A DNA stretch of 64,000 nucleotides from Thermodesulfobacteriota bacterium (GCA_965203965.1 CBDBDR010000017.1:1184001-1248000), one strand, 5' to 3'; numbered from the stretch's first letter, positions 20,393 through 30,580 are shown. Notes: generated by a model from the letters alone, not told the origin. Numbers and translations are program-made.

Positions 20393-21794
20393 GGTCTTAA
20401 AAACCATTCAATCCTACGGAATGATCTCTGCCGGGGATAGGGTGGTTGTAGCTCTGTCGGGGGGTTCGGATTCGGTCGGATTACTTCACTTGCTTTTGAA
20501 TTTAAGGGAATTTGATCTGAAGATCATAGCCGCACATTATAACCATAAGCTAAGAGGGAGCGAATCAGAAAGGGATGCAATTTTTGTTGAGCAGCTTTCA
20601 AGAGATCTGGGTGTTGAATTTGAGTACGGTGAAGTCGAGCAAGATCACTATAGAAGCGTTAAATCGGGTTTTTCTCCAGAGGAAACTGCAAGAGAATTGA
20701 GATATAGATTTTTAAACCATGTTTTGGAGAAATGTAAAGCCCAGAAAATTGCTACTGCGCACACGATGAACGACCAAGCAGAGACCGTTATTATGAGGAT
20801 CATAAGAGGTAGTGGTGTTCGCGGGTTGTCGGGCATTCCACCTGTAAATGGCAGAATAGTAAGACCTTTAATACAAATGCAGAAGCAAGAAATAAAAGAT
20901 TACCTGCGGTTAAACCAGATTAATTGGACGGAAGATTTTTCAAATAACTCAACACGGTTTCAGAGAAATAAGATTAGGCTTGAACTTTTTCCAATACTTA
21001 AAGAAATAAATCCCAATATAGATCAGGTTCTGCTCAGATCATCTGAAATATTCAGAATTGAGTCAGAATTTATTGATAGTTGTATTGATGAGGTATATAG
21101 ATCCGTTATTACAGAGCAGCCTTTTGGCTACATTGGAAGATCGATTGAATATTTATCGCAGAACAAAGCTGTAAGGTTAGGGATTTTAAGAAAAACAATT
21201 GAGTTGTTAAAAGGCAAATTCAAAAATGTTTCGGCGGTTCATATTTTTACGGTGGATGAAATGATCGGGTCGGACATACCTTCGGGAGAGATCGTGCTTC
21301 CAGATGGTATTAGGTTCAACAAGGGATATGGTATTTTTTGTATGTCAAACAACCCCGGACTTGGTGAAAGTTATAGTTACAAGATCAATGGTCAGGGTTT
21401 TTACAGTTTTGAAAACGGGCTTGAGATCAGAGTGGATGTTACTTCTGATGGGTCAGAATGGGGGGATGAGTCAGTTGGTTTTTTTTCAGTTAGTAAAGTC
21501 AAATTTCCTTTGACTGTCGGGAGCTACAAGGCTGGCGACAGATTCAAACCTCTTGGCATGAAAGGATCCAAGAAGATCAAAAATGTTTTCATTGATAAGA
21601 AAATACCGAAGTTTATGAGAAAAAGCATACCGGTCTTTCAAACGGTTGATGGAGTGATATGGGTTGGTGGTGTGAGGAGTGATGATAGATTCAAGGTGGA
21701 AAAAGGGGAGTCGGAGTTTTTAAGGATTAAGATCAAAAAGCCCGAGCTAAGTTTCCTTGAGAAAATACGGACTTCTGAGAGTCATATAAGCTGA
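20376..21794 (+). CDS. tilS: tRNA(Ile)-lysidine synthase
   Basis: PP-loop ALSGGSDS, HYNHKLR, ARELRY, TAHTMNDQAET, RPL, RNKIR; C-terminal GDRF.P.GM.GSKK. Confidence 0.95.
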   Translation: MKITSKVLKTIQSYGMISAGDRVVVALSGGSDSVGLLHLLLNLREFDLKIIAAHYNHKLRGSESERDAIFVEQLSRDLGVEFEYGEVEQDHYRSVKSGFSPEETARELRYRFLNHVLEKCKAQKIATAHTMNDQAETVIMRIIRGSGVRGLSGIPPVNGRIVRPLIQMQKQEIKDYLRLNQINWTEDFSNNSTRFQRNKIRLELFPILKEINPNIDQVLLRSSEIFRIESEFIDSCIDEVYRSVITEQPFGYIGRSIEYLSQNKAVRLGILRKTIELLKGKFKNVSAVHIFTVDEMIGSDIPSGEIVLPDGIRFNKGYGIFCMSNNPGLGESYSYKINGQGFYSFENGLEIRVDVTSDGSEWGDESVGFFSVSKVKFPLTVGSYKAGDRFKPLGMKGSKKIKNVFIDKKIPKFMRKSIPVFQTVDGVIWVGGVRSDDRFKVEKGESEFLRIKIKKPELSFLEKIRTSESHIS

Positions 21795-22688
21795 TCCGAG
21801 AATACCTGCATTGTCTCCAAGCTTCGCCTTATGGATGTTCAAGTTACTTTTGCTTCCTTCGAGAGCTTTTTGCTCAATTTCACTCTTAGCACTATCTATA
21901 AAAAACTCCCACGCATTTGACAGTCCTCCTCCGATCACGATGTTTTCCACGTTCAGGATGTTGATCAGATTTGTAATTCCTATACCGAGGTAGCTTCCAA
22001 ATTGTTTCCACAGATTTATTGATTCTTCATCTTTGTTTTCTGCCAACTCCATAATTTTTCTTGGTATATCGTCTTTATCTGTTTCACGAGTTTTTTTAGT
22101 TAGTCCGTTACTGTTGCTGACGACACGCCTGACGGCTTCTGCGGAGACAAAACTTTCAAGACACCCACTACTGCCACAACTGCATTTGGGACCTTTTGTA
22201 TCAATGATCATGTGTCCAATTTCACCTGCGGTGCAATTTTCCCCCTGCCAAAGCTCCCCGTCCAATATAATTCCCCCACCCAGTCCCGTGCCTATCGCGA
22301 TCATGATCATAGAATCACATCCGTTGCCTGAGCCTTTCCAAAACTCTCCGAGTGCTATGCAGTTGGCATCGTTTTCTATAACTACCTGAGTTGACAGATG
22401 ACGTTTAAGCACTTTTAGGATCGGGAAATTCGTCCCTCCACTTATATTTGGAGACTGTATTAAAATACCTTTTTTGTGGTTGATGATCCCTGGAAACCCT
22501 ATTCCTATGGCTGATGGCTTGAATTTGTTGAAATCCTCAATGAAAGCCACAAGATTTTTTACTACTTTATCAATTCCTTCTTTTGCGTCAGATTTTGTTT
22601 GTTTTTTTGAAAATATCTCACCTTTTTCATTTACTACAGCTCCCCTTAGATTTGTTCCTCCAACGTCTATGCCAAGCACTTGTTTCAT
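21747..22688 (-). CDS. ROK-family sugar kinase (glucokinase-like)
   Basis: GIDVGGT, ENDAN, GTGLGGG, AGEIGH, CSCGSSGCLE zinc motif, AGILGSA. Confidence 0.92.
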   Translation of the reverse strand: MKQVLGIDVGGTNLRGAVVNEKGEIFSKKQTKSDAKEGIDKVVKNLVAFIEDFNKFKPSAIGIGFPGIINHKKGILIQSPNISGGTNFPILKVLKRHLSTQVVIENDANCIALGEFWKGSGNGCDSMIMIAIGTGLGGGIILDGELWQGENCTAGEIGHMIIDTKGPKCSCGSSGCLESFVSAEAVRRVVSNSNGLTKKTRETDKDDIPRKIMELAENKDEESINLWKQFGSYLGIGITNLINILNVENIVIGGGLSNAWEFFIDSAKSEIEQKALEGSKSNLNIHKAKLGDNAGILGSAYMTLRSPYFLKET

Positions 22689-22827
22689 AAAAGTCTTGTT
22701 AGCATAAATGCACTTTCAATTTAAGTAAACAAAGAGAAAACCTGTATTCACTTTTTTTAAGGCGGTAAGATACACTACCAAACGTGAAGTTAATATTTAG
22801 TGGTTAGAATTATCATCTTAACTTGGG

Positions 22828-23691
22828 GTGGCAATGAAACGGGCAAAAGATCAGAAAAGCGAATTTAAGAAAATTGATAATCCATACAAGGGTATCAGTT
22901 TAAAGGACTACAATGTTGAAAAGAGACGGCTGCAACTTGAGATGCTTAACATTCAGCAAGACGTAACTAAGAAAGGTCAAAGAATATGTATAACGTTTGA
23001 CGGTCGTGACGCTGCTGGTAAAGGTTCAACGATCCTTCGTTTTACAGAAAACCTAATGCCTCGTTATTACAGAGTTGTGGCACTTGGAATACCAACTCAA
23101 AAAGAGTCAAAATACTGGTTTAATCGTTATGAAAAGCATCTTCCAAAACCTAATGAGATGGTGTTCTTTGATCGTTCATGGTATAACAGGGCAACAATTG
23201 AACCGACAATGGGTTACTGCACCAAGAAACAGTATGAGTATTTTATGTCAAAGGTTCTTGACTGGGAGCATAAGTTAATTGACGATGGGCTAAAACTTAT
23301 GAAATTTTACCTGTCAGTGGATAGTGAGCATCAACTTGGACGTTTTCAGGATAGGCTTTCTGACCCTCTAAAGTTCTGGAAGTTTTCGCCCAATGATCTT
23401 AACGCGAGAAAAAAATGGGAAGCATACACGAACTATAAAAATCAGATGTTATCCCACACGTCCTCCAAAAAGTCTCCCTGGTATAATGTGGATGCAAATT
23501 CAAAGATGGAAGCCAGATTGAACTGTATGCTTAGAGTAGTGAAAAAATACGGTAAAAGAAAATTTATTCCGCTAACCGGTGTGGATGTTGTAAAAAAACA
23601 CAGCATTGAGATCAACGGTATTGTGTTTGACAACCTGAGCCAACTTCAATACTCTACTCTGAAAAATTTAGCCGAGAAGGGGAATGCCTGA
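22828..23691 (+). CDS. ppk2: Polyphosphate kinase 2
   Basis: Walker A FDGRDAAGKG, FDRSWYNRA, PLKFWKFSPND lid region; start 22828 (GTG) or 22834 (ATG). Confidence 0.93.
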   Translation: MAMKRAKDQKSEFKKIDNPYKGISLKDYNVEKRRLQLEMLNIQQDVTKKGQRICITFDGRDAAGKGSTILRFTENLMPRYYRVVALGIPTQKESKYWFNRYEKHLPKPNEMVFFDRSWYNRATIEPTMGYCTKKQYEYFMSKVLDWEHKLIDDGLKLMKFYLSVDSEHQLGRFQDRLSDPLKFWKFSPNDLNARKKWEAYTNYKNQMLSHTSSKKSPWYNVDANSKMEARLNCMLRVVKKYGKRKFIPLTGVDVVKKHSIEINGIVFDNLSQLQYSTLKNLAEKGNA

Positions 23692-24157
23692 TAACATGAG
23701 TCTGCTGAAAACGATAGGCTTGCCCATGATTGAATCAGCAGGTGGTTTGGTCTACAATGACAACTACCATATTCTTCTTATTTTCAAGAGAGGTAAATGG
23801 GACCTGCCCAAAGGTAAGTTGGATTCGGGTCGTTCCTCACAGGTTAAAACTGCCATCCGGGAAGTCAATGAGGAAACGGGACTGGATCCAAAAAAGTTGA
23901 CCGTTCAAGGTAAAATTGTTTCCACGTGGCATTCTACAAGGTATAAAAAGTCAAACTACCTGAAAAAGACACATTGGTATCTAATGCGCTACAACGGTAA
24001 GGACGCGGATGTTTCCCCGGAATTTGAGGAGGGGATAATTGAGTGCAGGTGGGTGCATATCAGTGAGCTTGACAGCTACAGACCGTTGATGCTTACAAGA
24101 ATTCAATACGTGATAGATTTTTGGCTTGAAAATTTTGCTTATGGGCAGAAGATATGA
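23684..24157 (+). CDS. Nudix hydrolase (Ap4A hydrolase-like)
   Basis: SAGGLV, KWDLPKGK...TAIREVNEETG Nudix box; overlaps the ppk2 stop by 8 nt. Confidence 0.9.
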   Translation: MPDNMSLLKTIGLPMIESAGGLVYNDNYHILLIFKRGKWDLPKGKLDSGRSSQVKTAIREVNEETGLDPKKLTVQGKIVSTWHSTRYKKSNYLKKTHWYLMRYNGKDADVSPEFEEGIIECRWVHISELDSYRPLMLTRIQYVIDFWLENFAYGQKI

Positions 24158-24260
24158 AACGGAAAGGACTATCCCTTCGGGGAAGGAAAATTTTTCTCTC
24201 TGCCATTCCTGCGTAAGATTTCTCCCCTGACCGTAGGGACTCAAAGTAGGAGCATATCAC

Positions 24261-24325
24261 TTCGGATAATTAAATCCGAATAACTTCTCAACTTTCTATA
24301 ATATTTGTTGATATTATGGTATAAT
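24261..24325 (+). promoter_or_regulatory. Extended -10 promoter with two 7-6-7 palindromes upstream of the carboxylase operon
   Basis: TTCGGAT-N6-ATCCGAA (24261-24280), ATAATAT-N6-ATATTAT (24298-24317), TGgTATAAT (24317-24325). Confidence 0.5.
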
Positions 24326-24397
24326 CAAAAGATTTTCTAACTAGTCAATGAACAACCAAATAGCACTGAAGGCAATTCATTCTCCGGAGACCGCATA

Positions 24398-25942
24398 ATG
24401 AAGGAAAAGATAAAACTGCTTGAACAAAAAGAAAAAGAAGCTGAAATAGGTGGCGGTAAAGAAAGGATAAAAAGGCAACACAAACTGAAAAAACTGACCG
24501 CAAGGGAAAGAATAGAACTTCTTTTGGATAAGAGCAGTTTTGTTGAACTTGATAAATTTGTTGTTCATAAGTGTGATGATTTTGGAATGGGAGAGAAAAA
24601 GTTTTTAGGTGATGGAGTTGTTACTGGGTATGGGAAAGTTGACGGCAGACAGGTTTTTGTTTTCGCACAGGATTTTACCGTTTTTGGAGGCTCTCTCGGA
24701 CTCGCTCACGGTAGAAAGATCTGCAAAATAATGGACAGAGCAATAGAGGTAGGCGCTCCCGTAATTGGTCTTAATGATTCAGGTGGTGCCAGAATACAGG
24801 AGGGAGTGGAAAGCCTTGGATCTTATGCAGACATATTTTTAAGGAACGTCCTCGCATCTGGTGTGGTACCTCAAATTGCAGCAATAATGGGACCATGCGC
24901 CGGCGGTGCAGTCTATTCACCTGCAATGAACGATTTTACAATAATGACAAAAGAGAGCAGTTATATGTTCATTACGGGACCGGACGTTATAAAATCTGTT
25001 ACACGTGAAGAAGTATCCCCTGAGGATCTTGGCGGTGCAACAGTGCATAATTCTAAGAGTGGAGTGGCACATTTTGCCGTAGAAAATGATGAAGACTCCA
25101 TATCTACAATTAAAGAGCTACTGGGTTTTCTTCCTTCCAATAACATGGAAGACCCTCTCAGGATAAAATGCGATGACCCCATTGACAGAAAAGATGAAAG
25201 CCTTCGTGATATTATTCCCACCAATCCAAATAAGCCTTATGATGTGAAACAGGTAATAGATAAAGTTGTTGACGATGGATATTTTTTTGAGGTGCAGGAG
25301 CATTTTGCCCAAAATATTGTTGTGGGATTTGCGAGGATAAACGGCAGGTCGGTTGGCATTGTCGGAAATCAACCTATTGTATTGGCTGGCTGTCTCGACA
25401 TTGACGCGTCGGTAAAAGCCGGGAGGTTTGTCAGATTTTGCGACTGCTTTAACATACCCATCATTTCTTTTGTAGATGTCCCGGGTTTTCTGCCCGGAAC
25501 AAATCAGGAATGGAACGGTATTATAAGACACGGTGCAAAACTACTTTATGCATATTGTGAAGCAACCGTCCCGAGAATAACGGTTATTACCAGAAAAGCC
25601 TACGGTGGCGCCTATGACGTTATGTCATCAAAGCACATACGCGGAGACATAAACCTCGCATATCCAACGGCTGAAATTGCCGTTATGGGTTCTGATGGAG
25701 CCGTAAATATAATATTTAAAGGACAAATTACTGCCACTGACGACCCGGATTCCGAGAGATTAAAACTTATAGAAGAATACAAAAAGAACTTTGCCAATCC
25801 TTATAGAGCTGCAGAACTTGGATACATAGATGAAGTCATAAGACCAGAAGATACAAGACACAGAATTGCATTGGCACTGGACATGCTGGACGGAAAGAGA
25901 CAGGTAAATCCCCCTAAAAAACACGGTAATATACCGCTCTGA
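24398..25942 (+). CDS. pccB: Acyl-CoA (propionyl-CoA-type) carboxyltransferase
   Basis: [63 protein letters not shown]. Confidence 0.93.
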   Translation: MKEKIKLLEQKEKEAEIGGGKERIKRQHKLKKLTARERIELLLDKSSFVELDKFVVHKCDDFGMGEKKFLGDGVVTGYGKVDGRQVFVFAQDFTVFGGSLGLAHGRKICKIMDRAIEVGAPVIGLNDSGGARIQEGVESLGSYADIFLRNVLASGVVPQIAAIMGPCAGGAVYSPAMNDFTIMTKESSYMFITGPDVIKSVTREEVSPEDLGGATVHNSKSGVAHFAVENDEDSISTIKELLGFLPSNNMEDPLRIKCDDPIDRKDESLRDIIPTNPNKPYDVKQVIDKVVDDGYFFEVQEHFAQNIVVGFARINGRSVGIVGNQPIVLAGCLDIDASVKAGRFVRFCDCFNIPIISFVDVPGFLPGTNQEWNGIIRHGAKLLYAYCEATVPRITVITRKAYGGAYDVMSSKHIRGDINLAYPTAEIAVMGSDGAVNIIFKGQITATDDPDSERLKLIEEYKKNFANPYRAAELGYIDEVIRPEDTRHRIALALDMLDGKRQVNPPKKHGNIPL

Positions 25943-25953
25943 AAAAGGAAGAC

Positions 25954-27456
25954 ATGATGTTTGAGAAAATACTTATTGCAAACAGAGGCGAGATAGCTGT
26001 CAGGATAATCAGGGCATGTAGAGAACTTGGTATCAAGACAGTTGCAGTGTATTCAGACGCAGACAGAAACTCAATGCACGTGGCACTTGCGGATGAGGCT
26101 TATAACATCGGCGCTCCAAAGCCATCTGAAAGCTATCTAGTAAAAGAAAAGATAATAGGAGTTGCAAAAAAATCAGGTGCTCAAGCTATTCATCCGGGAT
26201 TTGGATTCCTATCCGAAAACCACTCCTTTGCAGAACTTTGTGAGAAAGAAGGTATTGCTTTTATAGGACCAAAAGCTGAGGCAATTGAGCTCATGGGAGA
26301 TAAGATCACTGCGAGAAAAATTGCAAGCGATGCAAAAATTCCACTTGTACCGGGTTCCGAGGGTGTCGTGAGTGACCTGGAAGCCTCAAGGGTTGCAGAT
26401 AAAATCGGCTACCCAATAATGATAAAAGCCTCCGCAGGTGGAGGCGGTAAAGGAATGAGAATTGTAAAAAACAGTGATGAATTTGAAAGCTCTTTAAGAA
26501 TGGCAAAGAGTGAGGCACTTTCTGCATTTGGAGAGGACTCTATATTTGTGGAAAGATTTATAGAAAAACCTAGACACATTGAAATACAGATCCTTGCAGA
26601 TTCACGCGGAAAAGTCCTTTATCTTTTTGAAAGAGAATGCTCAATCCAAAGACGCCATCAGAAAGTGATAGAGGAAGCTCCTTCAGCTTTTATCAAGGCA
26701 AAAACAAGAAAGAAAATGGGTGAGACTGCGGTCAGAATAGCTAAAGCCGTCAACTATGAAGGGGCAGGCACGGTGGAATTCATCATGGATCAGGATGAGA
26801 ATTTCTATTTTCTTGAAATGAATACGAGGATACAAGTTGAGCATCCCGTTACGGAAATGATAACTGGGATTGATATTGTAAAATGGATGATAAGGGTCAG
26901 TTGCGGAGAGCCACTTCCTTTTAAGCAGTCGGAACTTAAAATAAACGGTCATGCGATGGAATGTAGAATTTACGCAGAAGATCCGGAAACCAACTTTCTG
27001 CCTTCGCCGGGACTCCTTCAATATGTTAAAGTCCCCGCGGGATTGGGTATTAGGGATGACTCCTCAATTTACAGTGGGTATGAAGTTACATCGTATTACG
27101 ACCCCATGCTGTCCAAATTAATTACTTGGGGTGAGTCACGTGAAGATGCTATTAATAAAATGACATCGGCGCTGAAAGAGTATATTGTCATGGGGGTAAA
27201 AACCAATCTGGGATTTTTAATCCGTGTTATGGGGGATGATGAGTTTAAAAAAGCCGCCATAGATACAAATTATATTGAACGTCACCCGGAACTCCTAAAA
27301 CCAGATTCTGAAAAAATTGAACAAGTCCTGATAGCTTCGGCGCTTGTAATGCAAAATACAACCGTTGAAGACAGTGGCGGTGAGAAATCTAACACAAGTT
27401 CAAACTGGAAGACTTTCTCAAGGAGAATGAGTGTTTCGGGCAATCCTCTGATATGA
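25954..27456 (+). CDS. accC: Biotin carboxylase subunit
   Basis: ILIANRGEIA, HPGFGFLSEN, GGGGKGMR, ERECSIQRRHQK, EMNTRIQVEH; no fused BCCP. Confidence 0.92.
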   Translation: MMFEKILIANRGEIAVRIIRACRELGIKTVAVYSDADRNSMHVALADEAYNIGAPKPSESYLVKEKIIGVAKKSGAQAIHPGFGFLSENHSFAELCEKEGIAFIGPKAEAIELMGDKITARKIASDAKIPLVPGSEGVVSDLEASRVADKIGYPIMIKASAGGGGKGMRIVKNSDEFESSLRMAKSEALSAFGEDSIFVERFIEKPRHIEIQILADSRGKVLYLFERECSIQRRHQKVIEEAPSAFIKAKTRKKMGETAVRIAKAVNYEGAGTVEFIMDQDENFYFLEMNTRIQVEHPVTEMITGIDIVKWMIRVSCGEPLPFKQSELKINGHAMECRIYAEDPETNFLPSPGLLQYVKVPAGLGIRDDSSIYSGYEVTSYYDPMLSKLITWGESREDAINKMTSALKEYIVMGVKTNLGFLIRVMGDDEFKKAAIDTNYIERHPELLKPDSEKIEQVLIASALVMQNTTVEDSGGEKSNTSSNWKTFSRRMSVSGNPLI

Positions 27457-27944
27457 ACTACAACTTTAAACTGAATAACCAAATCTATAAAGTCGGATTT
27501 GAACAAGATGAAAATACAGCTCTGATTGAGATCAACGGGGAAAAACACCGGGCTGAATACAGTCAGATTGATACAAACCTGATTTCAATCATTCTGAAGG
27601 GGGAATCCGTAACAATTGGATTTTTTAAGTCGCAAAGGAAATTGCAGATTTTCTATAATGGTGATCTTTACGAGGTTGAGCCGATTTCAGGAAGGGATTT
27701 ATCTAAGTCTGCCAACATGGGAAGTGGACTTGAAATAGTTTCTCCGATGCCGAGTCGCGTTGTGAAAATTTTGAAAAAAGAGGGTGACACTGTTACTCAA
27801 GGCGAAGGTGTAGTTACAGTGGAAGCCATGAAAATGGAAAGTGAGCTTAAAGCACTCCAATCTGGTAAGATCAAAACAATACGGATCAAAGAAGGTGATG
27901 CCGTTGAGGCAAATGCCATTGTTGTGGTATTGTCTTCAAAGTAA
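27453..27944 (+). CDS. Biotin carboxyl carrier protein with N-terminal beta-rich domain
   Basis: SPMP...EAMKMES biotinylation motif; ATGA overlap with accC. Confidence 0.9.
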   Translation: MNYNFKLNNQIYKVGFEQDENTALIEINGEKHRAEYSQIDTNLISIILKGESVTIGFFKSQRKLQIFYNGDLYEVEPISGRDLSKSANMGSGLEIVSPMPSRVVKILKKEGDTVTQGEGVVTVEAMKMESELKALQSGKIKTIRIKEGDAVEANAIVVVLSSK

Positions 27945-28103
27945 AAGCGTGAGATCATGTTCAACCGTTGACAATGAAATACAACAGGAAATCCAGAAAG
28001 GACAAAGAGCAAAAAACCCCCTCTGTTCCTCCTGATAGAAGAAGGGAATGAAAGCACCATTCCTACTCCTCTTAAGTCATACTTGCAAAAGAAAACAGAA
28101 GAT

Positions 28104-28982
28104 TTATTCCAGAAAAAACTTATACCCGATCGATTTATAGATAAGTTTAGCTGTCAGAACGTTGGGTCCGTGAAACCCTTTTACGGGAGACAGTTCTACG
28201 ACGTCCATACCAATAACTTCCTTTTGTAGGAAGAGCTTTTTTAAAAGAGTCAGCACTTGCTGCCAGCTTAAGCCCCCGGGTTCGGGAGTGCCAGTTGTTG
28301 AAATAATTGAAGGATCAAAACCGTCAACGTCAATGCTGAGATAAACCCTGTCCTTCAGGTTTGATAATACCCGTGATTGCCAAATATCTTTACCACTGTT
28401 GTGTATTTCATCTGCTTTAAGGATCATGGTATTTTCGGAATTTGTAATAAACTCCGATTCTTCTTTTGAGTAGCTTCTGATACCAACTTCCACTATGGGG
28501 ATGCCCTGCTCCACCACTCTTCGCATGACCGTTGCGTGACAGTGTTTTCTTCCTTCATACTCGTTTCTTAGATCACAGTGAGCATCAATGGATAAAACTG
28601 AAAAATCGTATCTTGCAGATATAAAAGATCTAATGCAACCGAGGCTTATTGTGTGTTCGCCACCTAAGCTGATTATGAATTTTTCTTTTTTCAATAGATA
28701 GTTGCAGATTTTCTGAACTTTATCAATCATTTTTTTAGGTTCAAAATCACAATTTATTTGTTCCAAAGTATGGATACCAATATCGCAAGGTTCACAATTA
28801 ACTTCATCATCATATAGCTCAATTGATCTTGATGCGTCTATTATAGCGAGAGGCCCCATTGCCGTTCCTTTTCCATAGGAAACAGTTTTTTCATAGGGGA
28901 TGGGAAGAATTACGGCTTTTGCTTTATTGAAATTTGAGTATTTGTCCTCGAGGTCTAAAAAACTTTCAGTATACTTCGACAT
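28104..28982 (-). CDS. speB: Agmatinase (ureohydrolase)
   Basis: GGEHTIS, DAHCD, SIDVDGFDP, GTPEPGG, DVVEL. Confidence 0.9.
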   Translation of the reverse strand: MSKYTESFLDLEDKYSNFNKAKAVILPIPYEKTVSYGKGTAMGPLAIIDASRSIELYDDEVNCEPCDIGIHTLEQINCDFEPKKMIDKVQKICNYLLKKEKFIISLGGEHTISLGCIRSFISARYDFSVLSIDAHCDLRNEYEGRKHCHATVMRRVVEQGIPIVEVGIRSYSKEESEFITNSENTMILKADEIHNSGKDIWQSRVLSNLKDRVYLSIDVDGFDPSIISTTGTPEPGGLSWQQVLTLLKKLFLQKEVIGMDVVELSPVKGFHGPNVLTAKLIYKSIGYKFFLE

Positions 28983-28994
28983 TGAGGTCAACGA

Positions 28995-29666
28995 TTAGAA
29001 AGCTCGACCTGTTTTTTCAATACCACCTTTAATCAAACCCTGCCTTACTAATTCTCTGTGGGCAAGAGTGTGGCTGCCGAGTTTTTTGAGTTTTTCAATA
29101 TCCTCAGGTCTGTCAATGTCAAGTGCGATGTTTTCAACTTCATAAATCTCATAAGGGATTTTTTTTTCATCGGCTTGTTCCCTGTGTTTTCTGAAACTGT
29201 CATTGCCAAACATGGATTTAATCACGTCTGGTGGTTTTCTTAATATTGCGTTTGTACCAAGTTTATCTTCTGAAGGCACTAATATCAGGTGAGGGTGATC
29301 TTTTACTTTATTCAGTATAAAATCAATGTCTTCAGCCGTCATAAGTGGGGCATCAGCAGGTATAACCAAGACGGAATCGGCTCCCAGTTCACTGCAAACT
29401 CTAACGGCATAATCAACAGAGGAGCTTTCGCTTTGCTGTTCTCTTTCTTCAATGATTACAAAGCCGTATTTACTTGCCACAAGAATTGCTTGTTTATCCA
29501 TTGTTACCACTGCAACCTTATCGGCAAGTGCGGATTTGGTAGCTGAATTGTATACGTCCTCAAGCATAGCATAAGCAAGAGCCGTTCTGTTTTGCTGTGA
29601 TAGAACGGGGGAAAGCCTTTTATTGGCAAATTTGAGGTTTTTCACTGGTATTAAAACAAATTTCAC
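28995..29666 (-). CDS. cofC: CofC/FbiD-like guanylyltransferase (F420 biosynthesis family)
   Basis: LIPVK...ANKRLS..L....R..LA.AML.DV, IPADAP, GTNA, FG.DSF.KH, LDIDRPED. Confidence 0.85.
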   Translation of the reverse strand: MKFVLIPVKNLKFANKRLSPVLSQQNRTALAYAMLEDVYNSATKSALADKVAVVTMDKQAILVASKYGFVIIEEREQQSESSSVDYAVRVCSELGADSVLVIPADAPLMTAEDIDFILNKVKDHPHLILVPSEDKLGTNAILRKPPDVIKSMFGNDSFRKHREQADEKKIPYEIYEVENIALDIDRPEDIEKLKKLGSHTLAHRELVRQGLIKGGIEKTGRAF

Positions 29667-29802
29667 AGAAAAAATTTACAGTAGTTTAAACTTTTTACTA
29701 TAAAAAAATTATAGTATTCTTAACTGTCTTGTTATTGACAAAAAGAATCAGGACTGCGGGTATGAGTGAAGTTAGTTTAGAGGTTAGGGTAATCCATCAA
29801 AC

Positions 29803-30498
29803 ATGGGCGAAGATAAGCAGTATTTGAATCACAGATCCAGACTCAGGAATAGATTTCGTGAGTCCGGCATAGATAGTTTGGAAAATTATGAAAAGCTGGA
29901 ACTTCTCCTGATGTATTGCGTTCCTGTAAAAGATGTCAAGCCAATGGGAAAAAGATTGATGAAGAAATTTAACAACTCTATTTCTTTGGTTATGGATGCG
30001 GATTTTAATGAGTTGCAAAAGGTGAAAGGTGTAGGTCCGGTTTCGGCAACCCTGATAAAATTTGTCAGGGATCTAATGACAACTTATAACTGTGAGAAGA
30101 TGACGGGTTCATCTTATTATCTTAATTCGCCGACAAAGGTCGTGGATTTCGCCAGATTGAAGATCGGTGCATTGAAAAACGAAGTGTTTATGGTCATTTT
30201 TCTCAACACCAAAAACAAGGTTATTTGCCATGAACTTATTTTGGAAGGAACAATTGACAGTGTGCCCGTTTACCCAAGACGGCTGATTAAGATGGCTTTT
30301 GACAAAAACGCCTCGTCAATAATACTGGTTCACAATCATCCCAGCGGAGATACGGAACCATCCATAAATGACGTTGAGCTTACAAAGCAAATTGAAGAAC
30401 TATCCATCAGCCTGGATATTAGGTTGCTTGACCATCTGATTGTTTCAAAAGACGAATACTACAGTTTCAGCAGTAATGGACGGTTGTCGTCGTCCTGA
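29803..30498 (+). CDS. radC: RadC/UPF0758 JAB-domain protein
   Basis: HRSRLR, YEKLELLL, HhH KGVGP, HNHPSG..EPS..D, LLDHLIV. Confidence 0.92.
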   Translation: MGEDKQYLNHRSRLRNRFRESGIDSLENYEKLELLLMYCVPVKDVKPMGKRLMKKFNNSISLVMDADFNELQKVKGVGPVSATLIKFVRDLMTTYNCEKMTGSSYYLNSPTKVVDFARLKIGALKNEVFMVIFLNTKNKVICHELILEGTIDSVPVYPRRLIKMAFDKNASSIILVHNHPSGDTEPSINDVELTKQIEELSISLDIRLLDHLIVSKDEYYSFSSNGRLSSS

Positions 30499-30580
30499 GT
30501 ATTTACGGTTGGAACGCAGGTATGACACAAGGCAGTGAGCAGGTGTGAAATTTGCATTCCGTGCGTGCTAATCTGAGAGA

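Noticed and set aside
24208..24232. Minus-strand GGTCAGG-GGA-GAAA-TCT resembling SRP RNA helix 8
   Set aside because: Lacks the required AGCAG directly after the stem, and no long closing helix was found.
27797..28060. 87-aa minus-strand ORF with an AGGAG upstream
   Set aside because: Overlaps the BCCP gene antisense and has no recognisable features; the region is better explained by terminator-like hairpins between convergent genes.
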